A DNA stretch of 64,000 nt. Origin: Flavobacteriales bacterium. GTDB taxonomy: Bacteria; Bacteroidota; Bacteroidia; M30B66. This document shows positions 9,988 through 19,619 of this stretch, one piece after another. The position numbers and the translations under genes are program-made. The notes beneath the pieces are model-generated. The model was given only the letters and a program-made list of their open reading frames with translations, was not told where the DNA came from and made no database searches. Positions within the stretch are counted from its first letter, which is position 1; each line of letters opens with the position of its first letter. The DNA is taken from contig JBKBKN010000004.1 in assembly GCA_046294625.1 (NCBI GenBank), positions 69,982-133,981 of the forward strand, written 5' to 3'.

Positions 9988-10994
9988 TAGCTGAAAGAGT
10001 TGTAAATTTCCCGTAGTTTACCGGCCACGGCTGCTTCACTGTGAAAATCGGAGACAAATTTCCGGCTTTTCGCTCCGATTTCACGCAGTTGATCGCGATT
10101 TTCCCAAATTTGTATCAACACGTCTTCTAAATTGTGCTCCCCGGCATTGATAATCGGCAGTTGCAAAGGCAAAGCAGCATTCAATAAATCTTGTCGAATA
10201 TAAGCCAACACCGGCAAATTTAACGACATCATTTCTACAGCAAAATTGCCATACCAGCCTACCCTGATCTGATCAATTGCCAAGTCGGCAGATTGAGCCA
10301 AGGAAAACACCTGCTCTCTGGTCATTTGCTCAGCAAGCACCAACTCAAATTTATCTTGATGTCTACTCAGTACCTCGATAATTCGGTCTGTCCCTTTAAT
10401 GGAGCGATCGGTAGGTGCGTGAATGATGTTGAGCTTACTGTTCACTTTTGATGATGTAGACAATAGCTCCTTGTTGACTTCAACGATCTTGGGAATCAGG
10501 TGAATATTTGCACGTTTCAAATACGTAACCAAATCCGGTGTTGACACTGTAACGGCATCCGCAATTTGGCATAGTTTCAAAAGCCTTTTTCTGCGATTAG
10601 TGCTACGACTTGGGCTGCAAAACTGATCCTTTATTTTGCACTGAGAACATACCGATTGCGCAAGTGGATGAAAACGATCACGAATTTCGCAGCCTTGAAA
10701 ATGAAGCACAATTTTTTTCCCTAATAATTGAAGAAAGCGGAGCTCTAAGCCAGCCAGACGGCTATACAGCTCGTGATGATTTTGACTCAATGGCAAAAGA
10801 AAGTAACCTGTATAAAAATGCAACACATTGGCTTTGAAAAGGATCGTGAACCAAAACAAAGGATTCAGTAAGTTGCCATAAGTGTAGCTTCGGCTATTCA
10901 GGCCCATTTGCCTTTCAGCACGACTATTTTTCTCAGCCGTATGATTCCATGACTTTGGACCGTGCAATATAATTAGTTGGTCGGGTTTCAACAT
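9987..10994 (-). CDS. Putative glycosyltransferase (GT-B/GT1-like), weakly supported
   Basis: IIHAPTDRSIKGTDRII and GWYGNFAVEMMSLNLPVLA resemble the C-terminal half of GT1-type enzymes. Coupled to asnB by a TAATG overlap. Confidence 0.45.
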   Translation of the reverse strand: MLKPDQLIILHGPKSWNHTAEKNSRAERQMGLNSRSYTYGNLLNPLFWFTILFKANVLHFYTGYFLLPLSQNHHELYSRLAGLELRFLQLLGKKIVLHFQGCEIRDRFHPLAQSVCSQCKIKDQFCSPSRSTNRRKRLLKLCQIADAVTVSTPDLVTYLKRANIHLIPKIVEVNKELLSTSSKVNSKLNIIHAPTDRSIKGTDRIIEVLSRHQDKFELVLAEQMTREQVFSLAQSADLAIDQIRVGWYGNFAVEMMSLNLPVLAYIRQDLLNAALPLQLPIINAGEHNLEDVLIQIWENRDQLREIGAKSRKFVSDFHSEAAVAGKLREIYNSFS

Positions 10995-12280
10995 TTGCCT
11001 GCTTTGGAAAACTTATCTGTAAAGTAAGCTGAAAAGAACAACACCAACCAGTTAAACTTATTGTTGAGAAAGTTGCTTGGCATGCTTGACAGTGGTACAT
11101 ATATCAACAGCAGCAAGAAGGCTACAGCAAGAAAATAATACAGCTCATCGCGCTGTCTAGCCAAATAAAGCATTTGTACCTGTTTTTTAATAATCCAAAT
11201 AAACCAGCCCAGCATTGGTAAAATAATCACTAGGCCATACTGAGCAAGAATCTGGATAAACCAATTATGTGAATTGACAATATGATGCGTTGGATAAATG
11301 CCTTTTCCCGTCTGCAAATACGTTTCAAATTGACCTGCTCCAATCCCAATGCCATTTGACTGAAGGAAGAAAGTCCATCCATTTTTTATAAGATTAATTC
11401 GCACTTCGGTTGAAAAATCGCTTGTACTAAAATGCTTTTCAATGGCTTCGCTCAATTGCAGGCCATTATAAGCAATTAGCACCAGAGCAATCGCAAGGCC
11501 ACCTAAGGGATATAAAAAATTTCGTTTGTCGGAAAAGAGCATTCGGTAATAATCCGGAGATAAAAACAACCACATAACAGATAGGCAGAGCACCACCAAA
11601 ATCAGATTAGCAAATCGACTATGTGTCTGATAAATCACTAAGGTGCATAGCAAAATGCCTATCAGCCATATTTCTTTTCGTGCAGGCTTGAATTTCAACA
11701 GCAAAATCAACATCACTACGCTGAAAATCAAATAAATGGACAGGTTGTTTGGATTGTCAAAGGTGCCTGCCGGAATGAATCGCACCAGGTCACCTCCGGG
11801 ATAATCACTCAGCACATCTACAAAATTTCCCGAAAAATGAACAGCATAGGTCATTTCCAAAAAACATATAAAGAGTACACTCATTAACCCGGTAAGCCAT
11901 GCTTTGAAAAATAGTTCTTTAGGCCTAGGTAAAAACTCAAAAAATGACAGAAAAACAATGATAAAAATACCACCCTTGGCCACAAAAATTAACTCCATAA
12001 GCCAGGCTGTTTTGTCCGAGACCCAAAAATACCCCAAGGCAGCATAGCCCACCCATGCTATGATTAAAAGCATGAGGGTTCGAGTAAATGAACCTACCTG
12101 CCAGACAATTTTACCCTTAATGAGTAATAAAAAAAAACACAAAATGAGGATAATCCGATAACCAAACAGATGAACGGGACCGGTAGCAAAGGGAATAAAA
12201 TAATAACCCAATGGTAGCGAGAGCACAAGCAGAAAAAACAAGCTCTCAAAAATGATCATCTCTTTTTTATTCTTTTCCAA
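10988..12280 (-). CDS. O-antigen polymerase/ligase family (Wzy_C-type) membrane protein
   Basis: About 10-12 transmembrane segments. Motif IVNSHNWFIQILAQYGLVIILPMLGWF. Overlaps both neighbouring genes. Confidence 0.75.
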   Translation of the reverse strand: MEKNKKEMIIFESLFFLLVLSLPLGYYFIPFATGPVHLFGYRIILILCFFLLLIKGKIVWQVGSFTRTLMLLIIAWVGYAALGYFWVSDKTAWLMELIFVAKGGIFIIVFLSFFEFLPRPKELFFKAWLTGLMSVLFICFLEMTYAVHFSGNFVDVLSDYPGGDLVRFIPAGTFDNPNNLSIYLIFSVVMLILLLKFKPARKEIWLIGILLCTLVIYQTHSRFANLILVVLCLSVMWLFLSPDYYRMLFSDKRNFLYPLGGLAIALVLIAYNGLQLSEAIEKHFSTSDFSTEVRINLIKNGWTFFLQSNGIGIGAGQFETYLQTGKGIYPTHHIVNSHNWFIQILAQYGLVIILPMLGWFIWIIKKQVQMLYLARQRDELYYFLAVAFLLLLIYVPLSSMPSNFLNNKFNWLVLFFSAYFTDKFSKAGKC

Positions 12281-13427
12281 TGGCTTGATTGTAAATGTTC
12301 ACCTGCCTTCGCAAAACCGCTTCTCTACTGTAGTTCTTCTCAATATGAGCCCTGATTTGCTCTGGTAAATATTGATGATAATTTCGGTAAACATACAAAA
12401 TTGCGTCAAACAGCGCATTTGGGTCTTGCTTCTTGCAGAGTATTCCTGCCTGCTTCACCACGGTTTCTTCCGGACCTCCACATCTTGTTGCCACCACAGG
12501 AATGCCAGATGCCATTGCTTCAACGATCGATACACCAAATGTCTCAAAATGACTTGCAGAAACGTATATATCTGTTTGGCTTAAGTATTCCTTCACTTGC
12601 TCGGGCAATATTGCTCCGGTGAACTGAACATTTGCATCAATTCCGAGCGAATGACTCAGTTGAATCAAATGTGTTCTTTCCGGTCCGTCGCCAATTACAA
12701 TCAAACGAAAATCGGCTTCTATGCTCAATAACTTCGAAAAAGCTTGCAACAACTCTGCAAAGCCTTTGGTTTTCAACAGATTGCCAATACTACAAAGCGT
12801 TCTAGGCTTTCTTGATTGATGCCTCACCTCATATTTTCTAGTATCGATAAAATTGGGTATCAGCTCAGACTGTTTTCCAGTTTTATCATACATGGCATTC
12901 CCAATAGCTGTGCTCACTGCGCATACACTTTTTGCTTGAGCATACACTTGCTGGTGAAAATACACTTCAGAAGGCGTTAGACTATTTTTTAGAAATGCTG
13001 ATGAGTGCTCAGTGATTACATAAGGTACATCAAACTTCTTTGAAATTTGCATTGCTGCCCATCCTGCCCATTGCGTGGTATGGGCGTGCAAAATATCCGG
13101 TTTCCCATATCGATCAACATACTGCAGAAAAAGCTTTTCTGAATATCTGCCAAAAATCCTGCGATTGAAATCCTTACGGAAAGGGAGTAAATTGATGGCT
13201 GTTTTTCTTAATACAGGCAAACCAGGCTTTAACTCGTAGGCAGCTTCTTTACCAAATTCTTTCCATTGCTTCAACGAAATAATTTCTTTTACAGGACGGA
13301 TATCCGGTGCGATTACTCCGGTTTTAATGCCAGAGTCGTGCAGTCCCAAAGCCATTTCCTGATAGAAAATTCCCGCATATGCATTATACGGTCCCGGAAA
13401 AGCCGATGGAATAATCAAGATGTGCAT
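12267..13427 (-). CDS. Glycosyltransferase family 4
   Basis: Nucleotide-sugar binding motif ETFGVSIVEAMASGIPVVATRCGGPEE. MHILIIPSAFPG N-terminus. Confidence 0.88.
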   Translation of the reverse strand: MHILIIPSAFPGPYNAYAGIFYQEMALGLHDSGIKTGVIAPDIRPVKEIISLKQWKEFGKEAAYELKPGLPVLRKTAINLLPFRKDFNRRIFGRYSEKLFLQYVDRYGKPDILHAHTTQWAGWAAMQISKKFDVPYVITEHSSAFLKNSLTPSEVYFHQQVYAQAKSVCAVSTAIGNAMYDKTGKQSELIPNFIDTRKYEVRHQSRKPRTLCSIGNLLKTKGFAELLQAFSKLLSIEADFRLIVIGDGPERTHLIQLSHSLGIDANVQFTGAILPEQVKEYLSQTDIYVSASHFETFGVSIVEAMASGIPVVATRCGGPEETVVKQAGILCKKQDPNALFDAILYVYRNYHQYLPEQIRAHIEKNYSREAVLRRQVNIYNQAIGKE

Positions 13428-14707
13428 TACTCAGGTATTGAAGCGTTTTTTATGAAAAATATTGCTGCAGCAATAGCAATCAAATAAGAAATAATCTGCG
13501 CTGCACTATAAAACATAATGGTGATCATTGGGTCATGATACAACTGATGACCTATCAAAATACTAATTACAGATAAAGCTACACGAATGATATCAACCCC
13601 CAACATTTGCTTTTGTCGGTTGAGTCTGATATAAATGAAAGAAACAGCCGATGACACAAACATACAGGCTAAATAGGGAGCCATTACTTTTGCATATGGC
13701 ATAATACCTTGCCAGCTATCGCCTAATAAGCTCCCAATCCAACTATTGGGAATAATCTGTAAAAGCACTGCTGAAGGAATAGCTATTAAAAACAATTGCT
13801 TAACAAATCTCCAGTAAATGTGTAATAAGTCTGACTTGGTTTTTAGCTCTGAGATTCGTTGATAAAAGACCTGCGAAAATGACCCGGAAATAATACCTGC
13901 CGGCACAGCTATATAAATGAATGCGGCACCAATCAATCCGATTTCAGCTCTTTCGTAATAATATTGTGGAATCAGGATATGTAGGTTATTGGCAAAAGTT
14001 CCCAGCAAAGCGCTTGGCATCGAGAAATAAAGAAAGTGTCTGTGTTTATGTGCTGCAGACCTCATGCCATTCACACTCACCTGCTTCATAAGTTTGGCTT
14101 TGATGTTAAACAATACACTTATACAAAGCCAAATAAAACCTAAAAAATGACCGATGGCTCTTCCTGCGATGAGACCGATAGCCTGAAATTGAAGAATGCC
14201 TGAAATCACTTTTACACTCTCGCCGGCAGCATTTTGTATCAATTTTGATTGCCCGATCTTCTTAAACTGCTTCTGCTGATTTTGCCAATAGTTGAGCACC
14301 TGCGAGCCAGCAAAGCCAATTACAGATAGGCTAAGAAAGACAAGTAGCCAGGGTGAAGCTGGGAACCGAGCCAGTTGGCTAAATTGTTCAGGCAATAAAA
14401 AACCAAAAATCAACAAAGCGAAGGCAATGGCAAAAACCGAAATCAGACCAATAGCCAAAAGATTGAAGCGAACCTTCTCCTGTTCTTCCATCACGATAGC
14501 AAGTTCAAATTTGAGCGATGCAAAAGCGATGATAACGGATGAAAAAGCTGTAAAACTGCTAAAGAGCCCAAAATCGTAAGGTGTATAAAAATAGCGTTGC
14601 AAAAAAGGCAATACCAAAAAAGGTATTGCCTGCGACAATGCTGTAAAAAACGACAGTTGGATTACGTTTCGTGAAAAATCCCCTTTAAATCTTTTTTTCA
14701 GCCTCAT
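13427..14707 (-). CDS. wzx: Oligosaccharide/polysaccharide flippase (Wzx, MOP superfamily)
   Basis: 426-aa polytopic membrane protein with a typical flippase N-terminus (SRNVIQLSFFTALSQAIPFLVLPFLQRYFYTPYDFGLF). First gene of the cluster. TAATG overlap with the next gene. Confidence 0.8.
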   Translation of the reverse strand: MRLKKRFKGDFSRNVIQLSFFTALSQAIPFLVLPFLQRYFYTPYDFGLFSSFTAFSSVIIAFASLKFELAIVMEEQEKVRFNLLAIGLISVFAIAFALLIFGFLLPEQFSQLARFPASPWLLVFLSLSVIGFAGSQVLNYWQNQQKQFKKIGQSKLIQNAAGESVKVISGILQFQAIGLIAGRAIGHFLGFIWLCISVLFNIKAKLMKQVSVNGMRSAAHKHRHFLYFSMPSALLGTFANNLHILIPQYYYERAEIGLIGAAFIYIAVPAGIISGSFSQVFYQRISELKTKSDLLHIYWRFVKQLFLIAIPSAVLLQIIPNSWIGSLLGDSWQGIMPYAKVMAPYLACMFVSSAVSFIYIRLNRQKQMLGVDIIRVALSVISILIGHQLYHDPMITIMFYSAAQIISYLIAIAAAIFFIKNASIPE

Positions 14708-14725
14708 GATTGCTCAAGGACTGAA

Positions 14726-16267
14726 TTACTTGGCTACACTCACCGCTCTGGTTTCCCTGATCACAGTGATTTTAACCTGACCAGGATAGGTCATCTCGTT
14801 TTGTATGCGCTGCGATATATCAAAGGAAAGCATTTCTGCTTCTTTGTCTGACACTTTTTCGCTTTCCACAATCACACGTAGCTCTCTACCGGCTTGAATA
14901 GCATACGTGCTGCTCACGCCATTATATGACATAGCCAATGCTTCCAAATCCTTCAAGCGCTTAATGTAAGACTCAGCAATTTCACGACGTGCACCCGGAC
15001 GTGCACCTGAAATGGCATCGCACACCTGCACGATGGGAGAGATCAGGCTAGTCATCTCCACTTCATCGTGGTGAGCACCAATGGCATTGCACACTTCTTG
15101 CTTTTCCTTAAATTTTTCAGCTAGCTTCATCCCCAAAATAGCATGTGGCAATTCCGGTTCATCATCAGGCACTTTTCCTATATCGTGCAATAGACCCGCA
15201 CGTTTTGCAAGTTTCACATTCAATCCAAGTTCGGCAGCCATCACTGCGCAAAGATTTGCAACTTCACGGGAGTGCTGCAAAAGGTTCTGACCATAGGAAG
15301 AGCGATATTTCATTCTACCCACCATGCGAATCAACTCTGGATGCAATCCGTGAATGCCTAAATCAATGCAAGTTCGTTTACCGGTTTCAATGATTTCTTC
15401 TTCGAGTTGCTTTTTAGTTTTAGCTACCACTTCCTCGATACGTGCCGGATGAATTCGGCCATCGGTAACCAATTGATGTAAGGCAAGTCGGGCAATCTCT
15501 CGACGTATCGGATCGAAGCAGGAAAGTATAATCGCCTCAGGAGTATCATCAACAATAATTTCCACGCCTGTAGCAGCTTCAATCGCTCTGATATTTCTAC
15601 CTTCTCTTCCAATAATTCTGCCTTTCATTTCATCACTTTCAATGTTAAACACCGAAACAGAATTTTCGATCGCATGCTCCGTAGCCACACGCTGAATCGT
15701 TTGAATCACCACCTTTTTAGCTTCTTTGTTGGCCTGCAGCCTTGCCTCATCCATAATGTCTTTGATGTGCGCTGCCGCATCAGTTTTGGCTTCCGCCTTT
15801 AGCGCATCCACAAGCTGATTTTTGGCATCTTCTGCAGATAGTCCGGCGATTACTTCAAGTTGCTCTACCTGACGGCGATGTGCCTTATCCAGATCACTCT
15901 GCTTTTTGTTCATCAGTTCAAGCTGAGCATGGAGGTTTTCTTTTAATGATTCGACCTCAAACTGTTTGCGCTTGAGCTCTTCTAGCTTTTGATTAAGCGT
16001 GCCTTCCTTTTGCTTGATTCGATTCTCCGCATTCGACATCTCGTTGTTGCGCTGTTGTATGCTTTTTTCATGTTCAGCTTTCAACTGCAAAAACTTTTCT
16101 TTTGCCTGAAGAAGTTTTTCTTTCTTAATCACCTCTCCTTCATTCTCCGCATCCTTAATAATTTGTTTCGATTTCTCTTCGATGCTTTTCCTGATGAGTT
16201 GACTGGTAACAATATACCCTCCGCCTAATCCCAGTAGCAGTGTAATTACATAATACAATACTTCCAT
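14726..16267 (-). CDS. rny: Ribonuclease Y
   Basis: N-terminal transmembrane segment, a long coiled coil, a KH domain ([15 protein letters not shown]) and an HD domain (LLHDIGK...GAHH). Confidence 0.97.
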   Translation of the reverse strand: MEVLYYVITLLLGLGGGYIVTSQLIRKSIEEKSKQIIKDAENEGEVIKKEKLLQAKEKFLQLKAEHEKSIQQRNNEMSNAENRIKQKEGTLNQKLEELKRKQFEVESLKENLHAQLELMNKKQSDLDKAHRRQVEQLEVIAGLSAEDAKNQLVDALKAEAKTDAAAHIKDIMDEARLQANKEAKKVVIQTIQRVATEHAIENSVSVFNIESDEMKGRIIGREGRNIRAIEAATGVEIIVDDTPEAIILSCFDPIRREIARLALHQLVTDGRIHPARIEEVVAKTKKQLEEEIIETGKRTCIDLGIHGLHPELIRMVGRMKYRSSYGQNLLQHSREVANLCAVMAAELGLNVKLAKRAGLLHDIGKVPDDEPELPHAILGMKLAEKFKEKQEVCNAIGAHHDEVEMTSLISPIVQVCDAISGARPGARREIAESYIKRLKDLEALAMSYNGVSSTYAIQAGRELRVIVESEKVSDKEAEMLSFDISQRIQNEMTYPGQVKITVIRETRAVSVAK

Positions 16268-16282
16268 TTTGTTCTCACATGT

Positions 16283-16591
16283 TTAAGACAAAATATCTGA
16301 AGTGTCGTTGGAATGGTCAAGGTTTTCAAGCAGTCTGCTTATGGCATCAATCTTATCGTGAAGAATTTGTATTGAAGCAGACTCATCTTTTGCCAGAGAA
16401 GATAGTGCCAATTGAAATGCACTCATTGCGAGTAGATCTTGCGTGGATTGTAGCTGAAAAGATTGTCCAAAGGAATCCAAGGTGTCATTTACCATCTGCT
16501 CAGCTTTGCGCATAATGTCAAGCTCTCCTTCACTCACTTGTAAAGGATAAGTCCTTTTGGCTATGTTAATGTATAATGTTTGTTTTTCCAC
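16283..16591 (-). CDS. zapA: Cell division protein ZapA
   Basis: 102 aa starting ...INIAKRTYPLQVSEGELDIMRKAEQMVND. Conserved position upstream of rny. Confidence 0.75.
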   Translation of the reverse strand: MEKQTLYINIAKRTYPLQVSEGELDIMRKAEQMVNDTLDSFGQSFQLQSTQDLLAMSAFQLALSSLAKDESASIQILHDKIDAISRLLENLDHSNDTSDILS

Positions 16592-16606
16592 TATCCCCGT
16601 AATTCC

Positions 16607-16882
16607 TTATTTAATCTGTGTGATACAGTCTTCAAGATCTTCGATGAGCTTATCCAGATTCCGCCTCAATTCTTCATGTTGCTCTTGCTTCGACTCGCTT
16701 TCAGCTTGTTTCACCCTCACTTCCAGTTGACTTATGATATTTTGTTGTTCGTTAATTTTTAATTTATATTGTTGATTTTCAGAATTTAAGCTGCGAATTT
16801 CTTCTATCAGCTTAGCCTGCAAATTTATAATTTTTTTTACACGAGCTTCAAGTATGTTGAGCTTTTCAAGGGTATTCTGCAT
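16607..16882 (-). CDS. Small coiled-coil protein (ZapB-like, hypothetical)
   Basis: 91 aa, rich in heptad-like E/K/Q/L residues. Directly upstream of zapA. Confidence 0.55.
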   Translation of the reverse strand: MQNTLEKLNILEARVKKIINLQAKLIEEIRSLNSENQQYKLKINEQQNIISQLEVRVKQAESESKQEQHEELRRNLDKLIEDLEDCITQIK

Positions 16883-16970
16883 ATTGAATGTGAATTAAAG
16901 CGTTTAAAATTAGTCACAATCAACGCAGAGAATTCCGATAAAGGCAGGTTTTTTGTAACAATATTTTGTC

Positions 16971-18647
16971 ATGTATAGCATCCATCATCTTTTAACATAT
17001 TTCAGCATTGTACTGTTGCTTCCGGCTATGCTGAAATCTCAACAATACCAAATGCCGCTTGATGCGCCTTGGGATATTTCTGCTTCATTTGGCGAAGCTC
17101 GTAACAATCATTACCACGCCGGACTGGATTTTGCTACAGGAGGCAAATCGCTGCCTGTGAAAAGCATCGCCGATGGATTTGTGGAAAGAATCAAAATCAG
17201 CTCAGGTGGATATGGTCTTGCCCTTTACATTCGACACCCCGACCAAAATATAAGTGTGTACGGACACTTGGATCACTTCACGGGAGAAATTGCCAAAAAA
17301 GTTCTAGAAATCCAAGAGCATAACAATTTCTACGAGTTTGATCAATATTTCGAGAAACATGAGTTGCCTGTAAAAAAAGGTCAGATCGTAGCTTACAGTG
17401 GTAACACCGGTTCTTCATCTGGTCCACACCTTCATTTCGAAATTCGAGGTCAGGGCTTTGAAACCATTCATAACCCTTTACTTTTTGATTTATCTATCAA
17501 AGACCAGATAAAACCGGTGATCAGTGCTATACACATTATCCCTTTTAAAAATTTCGGAAGGGTAAACGGTAAAAATGCGTCTATCCGCATTCCAATTATA
17601 AATGGCTCACCTGACCCTAAAATCCCAATTCCTGAAGTGGATGGCCTAATCGGTTTTGCTTATGAAGGTTACGACGGAGTCACCCGAGCATCATCGCGTT
17701 CTAAAGTGTTCAAAACCCAACTTTTTCACAATGAAATTCTGGTTTTTGAAAAAACAATGGACTCATTCACATTCGACAATACGCGTTGTGTGAATGGCTT
17801 TTTAATCTATGAAGAATTGATCAAAAACAAGCGAAAGGTGTATCGTTGCTTTGAGCCGGTTCACCACAATTCTACTTTGGTAAAAACAGCTATTGACAAG
17901 GGACTTATTCATTTTGCTTCAAAAAATGAATCGACCGTGAAATTAAAGTTGAGCGATTTTTCGGGCAACCAAACCATGGTCTCTTTAAAACTAAGAAGCG
18001 CCGGAGCCAACAAAATTCAAAGCTCAGTTAAATCAAAAGGTGTAATTCCCGGGGTGGAAGAAGTGTTAAAATTTGAAGATGGGAGCATATTTTTCCCATC
18101 AAACGCATTATTTGACACAACAGAAATTTTGGCTAAGAAGAATGGAAACATATACAACATAGGCCATCACACGATTCCGGTGAATGAATCCTTCACCCTA
18201 AATTTAAAACTACCTGCTCATTTAGCAAAAACAGATACATCGAAAATCATTTTAAAAATTATCAGTGGTAGCAGCTCCAAATACCTGAGAGGGGAAATTG
18301 TCGATGGATATTTCAAAACCAAAGCTAATGTTTTCGGTCAGTTTGAACTAATCGTAGACCAAGACCCGCCTCTGATTACTTTTAGCAGACCAAAAAAGAT
18401 TCCGGCAGGCACATTAGCATTTGCCACAGGTAGAGCAAACTTTGCGGTAAGCGATAAACTTAGCGGTATTTCGCACTATAGTGCAAGCTTGAATGGAAAG
18501 TGGATTCTACTCCCTTACGATGCCAAGACAGGTAAAATGTGGGTGGACTTCCCGGTAAATCTCCCGAAAGGAACGCATGAATTAATTATAAAAGTAAAAG
18601 ATAAGTGTGCAAATGAGACTGTTCTCAAGCAAAACTTCTCGAAATAA
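16971..18647 (+). CDS. M23 family metallopeptidase with a long C-terminal extension
   Basis: M23/LytM motifs HYHAGLDFA and GPHLHFEIR. N-terminal signal peptide. Confidence 0.9.
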   Translation: MYSIHHLLTYFSIVLLLPAMLKSQQYQMPLDAPWDISASFGEARNNHYHAGLDFATGGKSLPVKSIADGFVERIKISSGGYGLALYIRHPDQNISVYGHLDHFTGEIAKKVLEIQEHNNFYEFDQYFEKHELPVKKGQIVAYSGNTGSSSGPHLHFEIRGQGFETIHNPLLFDLSIKDQIKPVISAIHIIPFKNFGRVNGKNASIRIPIINGSPDPKIPIPEVDGLIGFAYEGYDGVTRASSRSKVFKTQLFHNEILVFEKTMDSFTFDNTRCVNGFLIYEELIKNKRKVYRCFEPVHHNSTLVKTAIDKGLIHFASKNESTVKLKLSDFSGNQTMVSLKLRSAGANKIQSSVKSKGVIPGVEEVLKFEDGSIFFPSNALFDTTEILAKKNGNIYNIGHHTIPVNESFTLNLKLPAHLAKTDTSKIILKIISGSSSKYLRGEIVDGYFKTKANVFGQFELIVDQDPPLITFSRPKKIPAGTLAFATGRANFAVSDKLSGISHYSASLNGKWILLPYDAKTGKMWVDFPVNLPKGTHELIIKVKDKCANETVLKQNFSK

Positions 18648-18751
18648 TTGGTACATCCGACACCATTCAGAGTGTATTGCCCAGCTATACAGCATCATAC
18701 ATAAATAGGTTGGTAAATAATCTGGTAAAATTGATTGCTTCAAAATTTTCT

Positions 18752-18759
18752 TAATTTTG
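18752..18759 (+). promoter_or_regulatory. Bacteroidota -7 promoter box (TAATTTTG) for the SRP RNA
   Basis: Exact match to the TAnnTTTG consensus a few nt upstream of the RNA 5' end. A TTG lies about 21 nt further upstream (18731). Confidence 0.55.
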
Positions 18760-18761
18760 CG

Positions 18762-18858
18762 CCGGGTAAGTCAATACGACCAGCTCCTGCTGAATCCCCC
18801 AGGTCCGGAAGGAAGCAAGGGTAGGTGGTTGAGCGGTGCGATATCGGGCTTACCCATT
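18762..18858 (+). ncRNA. ffs: Signal recognition particle RNA (small 4.5S-type)
   Basis: Contains the conserved domain IV sequence CCAGGTCCGGAAGGAAGCA. The termini pair (GGGTAAG with CTTACCC) to close a long hairpin. Internal pairings include GCTC/GAGC. A T-run follows. Confidence 0.85.
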
Positions 18859-18875
18859 TTTGTTTATCATCTTAC

Positions 18876-19619
18876 ATGTTTCAAAACATGGAAAACATAC
18901 CAGTAAAAAAACTCTCAATCGTTATTCCTGCTTACAACGAAGGCAAAACGATACACCACATACTCAATAAGGTGGCTGCAGTTAATTTGATTCATCATCT
19001 TGAGAAGGAAGTTATTGTTGTGAATGACTGCTCTACCGACGATACCGACGAAGCCATTGCAAGATATCAGAAGGGAAACCCTGAGTTTCCAATGCTTTAC
19101 CTTACACATCCCGTAAACATGGGTAAGGGGGCTGCCTTGCATACAGGAATTAATCATGCCAAAGGTGACTGTATAGTCATTCAGGATGCCGACCTGGAGT
19201 ACGACCCGCAAGAATTTAATATCTTATTAAAACCGATTTGCGATGGGAAGGCTGACGTGGTTTATGGAAGTAGATTTATGGGGGGCAAACCACATAGAAT
19301 ACTCTTCTTCTGGCACACCATTGGGAATAAATTCCTCACTTTTCTCTCCAACATGTTCACCAATCTGAATCTCACAGATATGGAAACCTGTTATAAAATG
19401 TTCACAAGTGATGTGATAAAGCAGGTTAAACTCAAAGAAAAAAGGTTCGGATTCGAACCTGAGGTGACAGCAAAAATTGCAAGAATACCAAAGGTGCGAA
19501 TCTATGAAGTAGGTATCTCCTACTATGGACGCACCTATGAAGAAGGTAAAAAAATCAATTGGAAAGACGGCTTCAGAGCAATATATTGTATCCTGAAATA
19601 CAACCTGTTTTCGAAGTGA
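18876..19619 (+). CDS. Glycosyltransferase family 2 (polyprenol-phosphate glycosyltransferase, ArnC/DPM1-like)
   Basis: [10 protein letters not shown]...[10 protein letters not shown]...[10 protein letters not shown] motifs. Start moved to ATG 18876 because the ORF-track start at 18825 lies inside the SRP RNA. Confidence 0.88.
   Translation: MFQNMENIPVKKLSIVIPAYNEGKTIHHILNKVAAVNLIHHLEKEVIVVNDCSTDDTDEAIARYQKGNPEFPMLYLTHPVNMGKGAALHTGINHAKGDCIVIQDADLEYDPQEFNILLKPICDGKADVVYGSRFMGGKPHRILFFWHTIGNKFLTFLSNMFTNLNLTDMETCYKMFTSDVIKQVKLKEKRFGFEPEVTAKIARIPKVRIYEVGISYYGRTYEEGKKINWKDGFRAIYCILKYNLFSK

Noticed and set aside
18825-18875. GTG-initiated N-terminal extension of the GT2 ORF ([17 protein letters not shown]...).
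   Set aside because: It overlaps the 3' half and terminator of the SRP RNA. The conserved GT2 fold starts after the downstream ATG at 18876.
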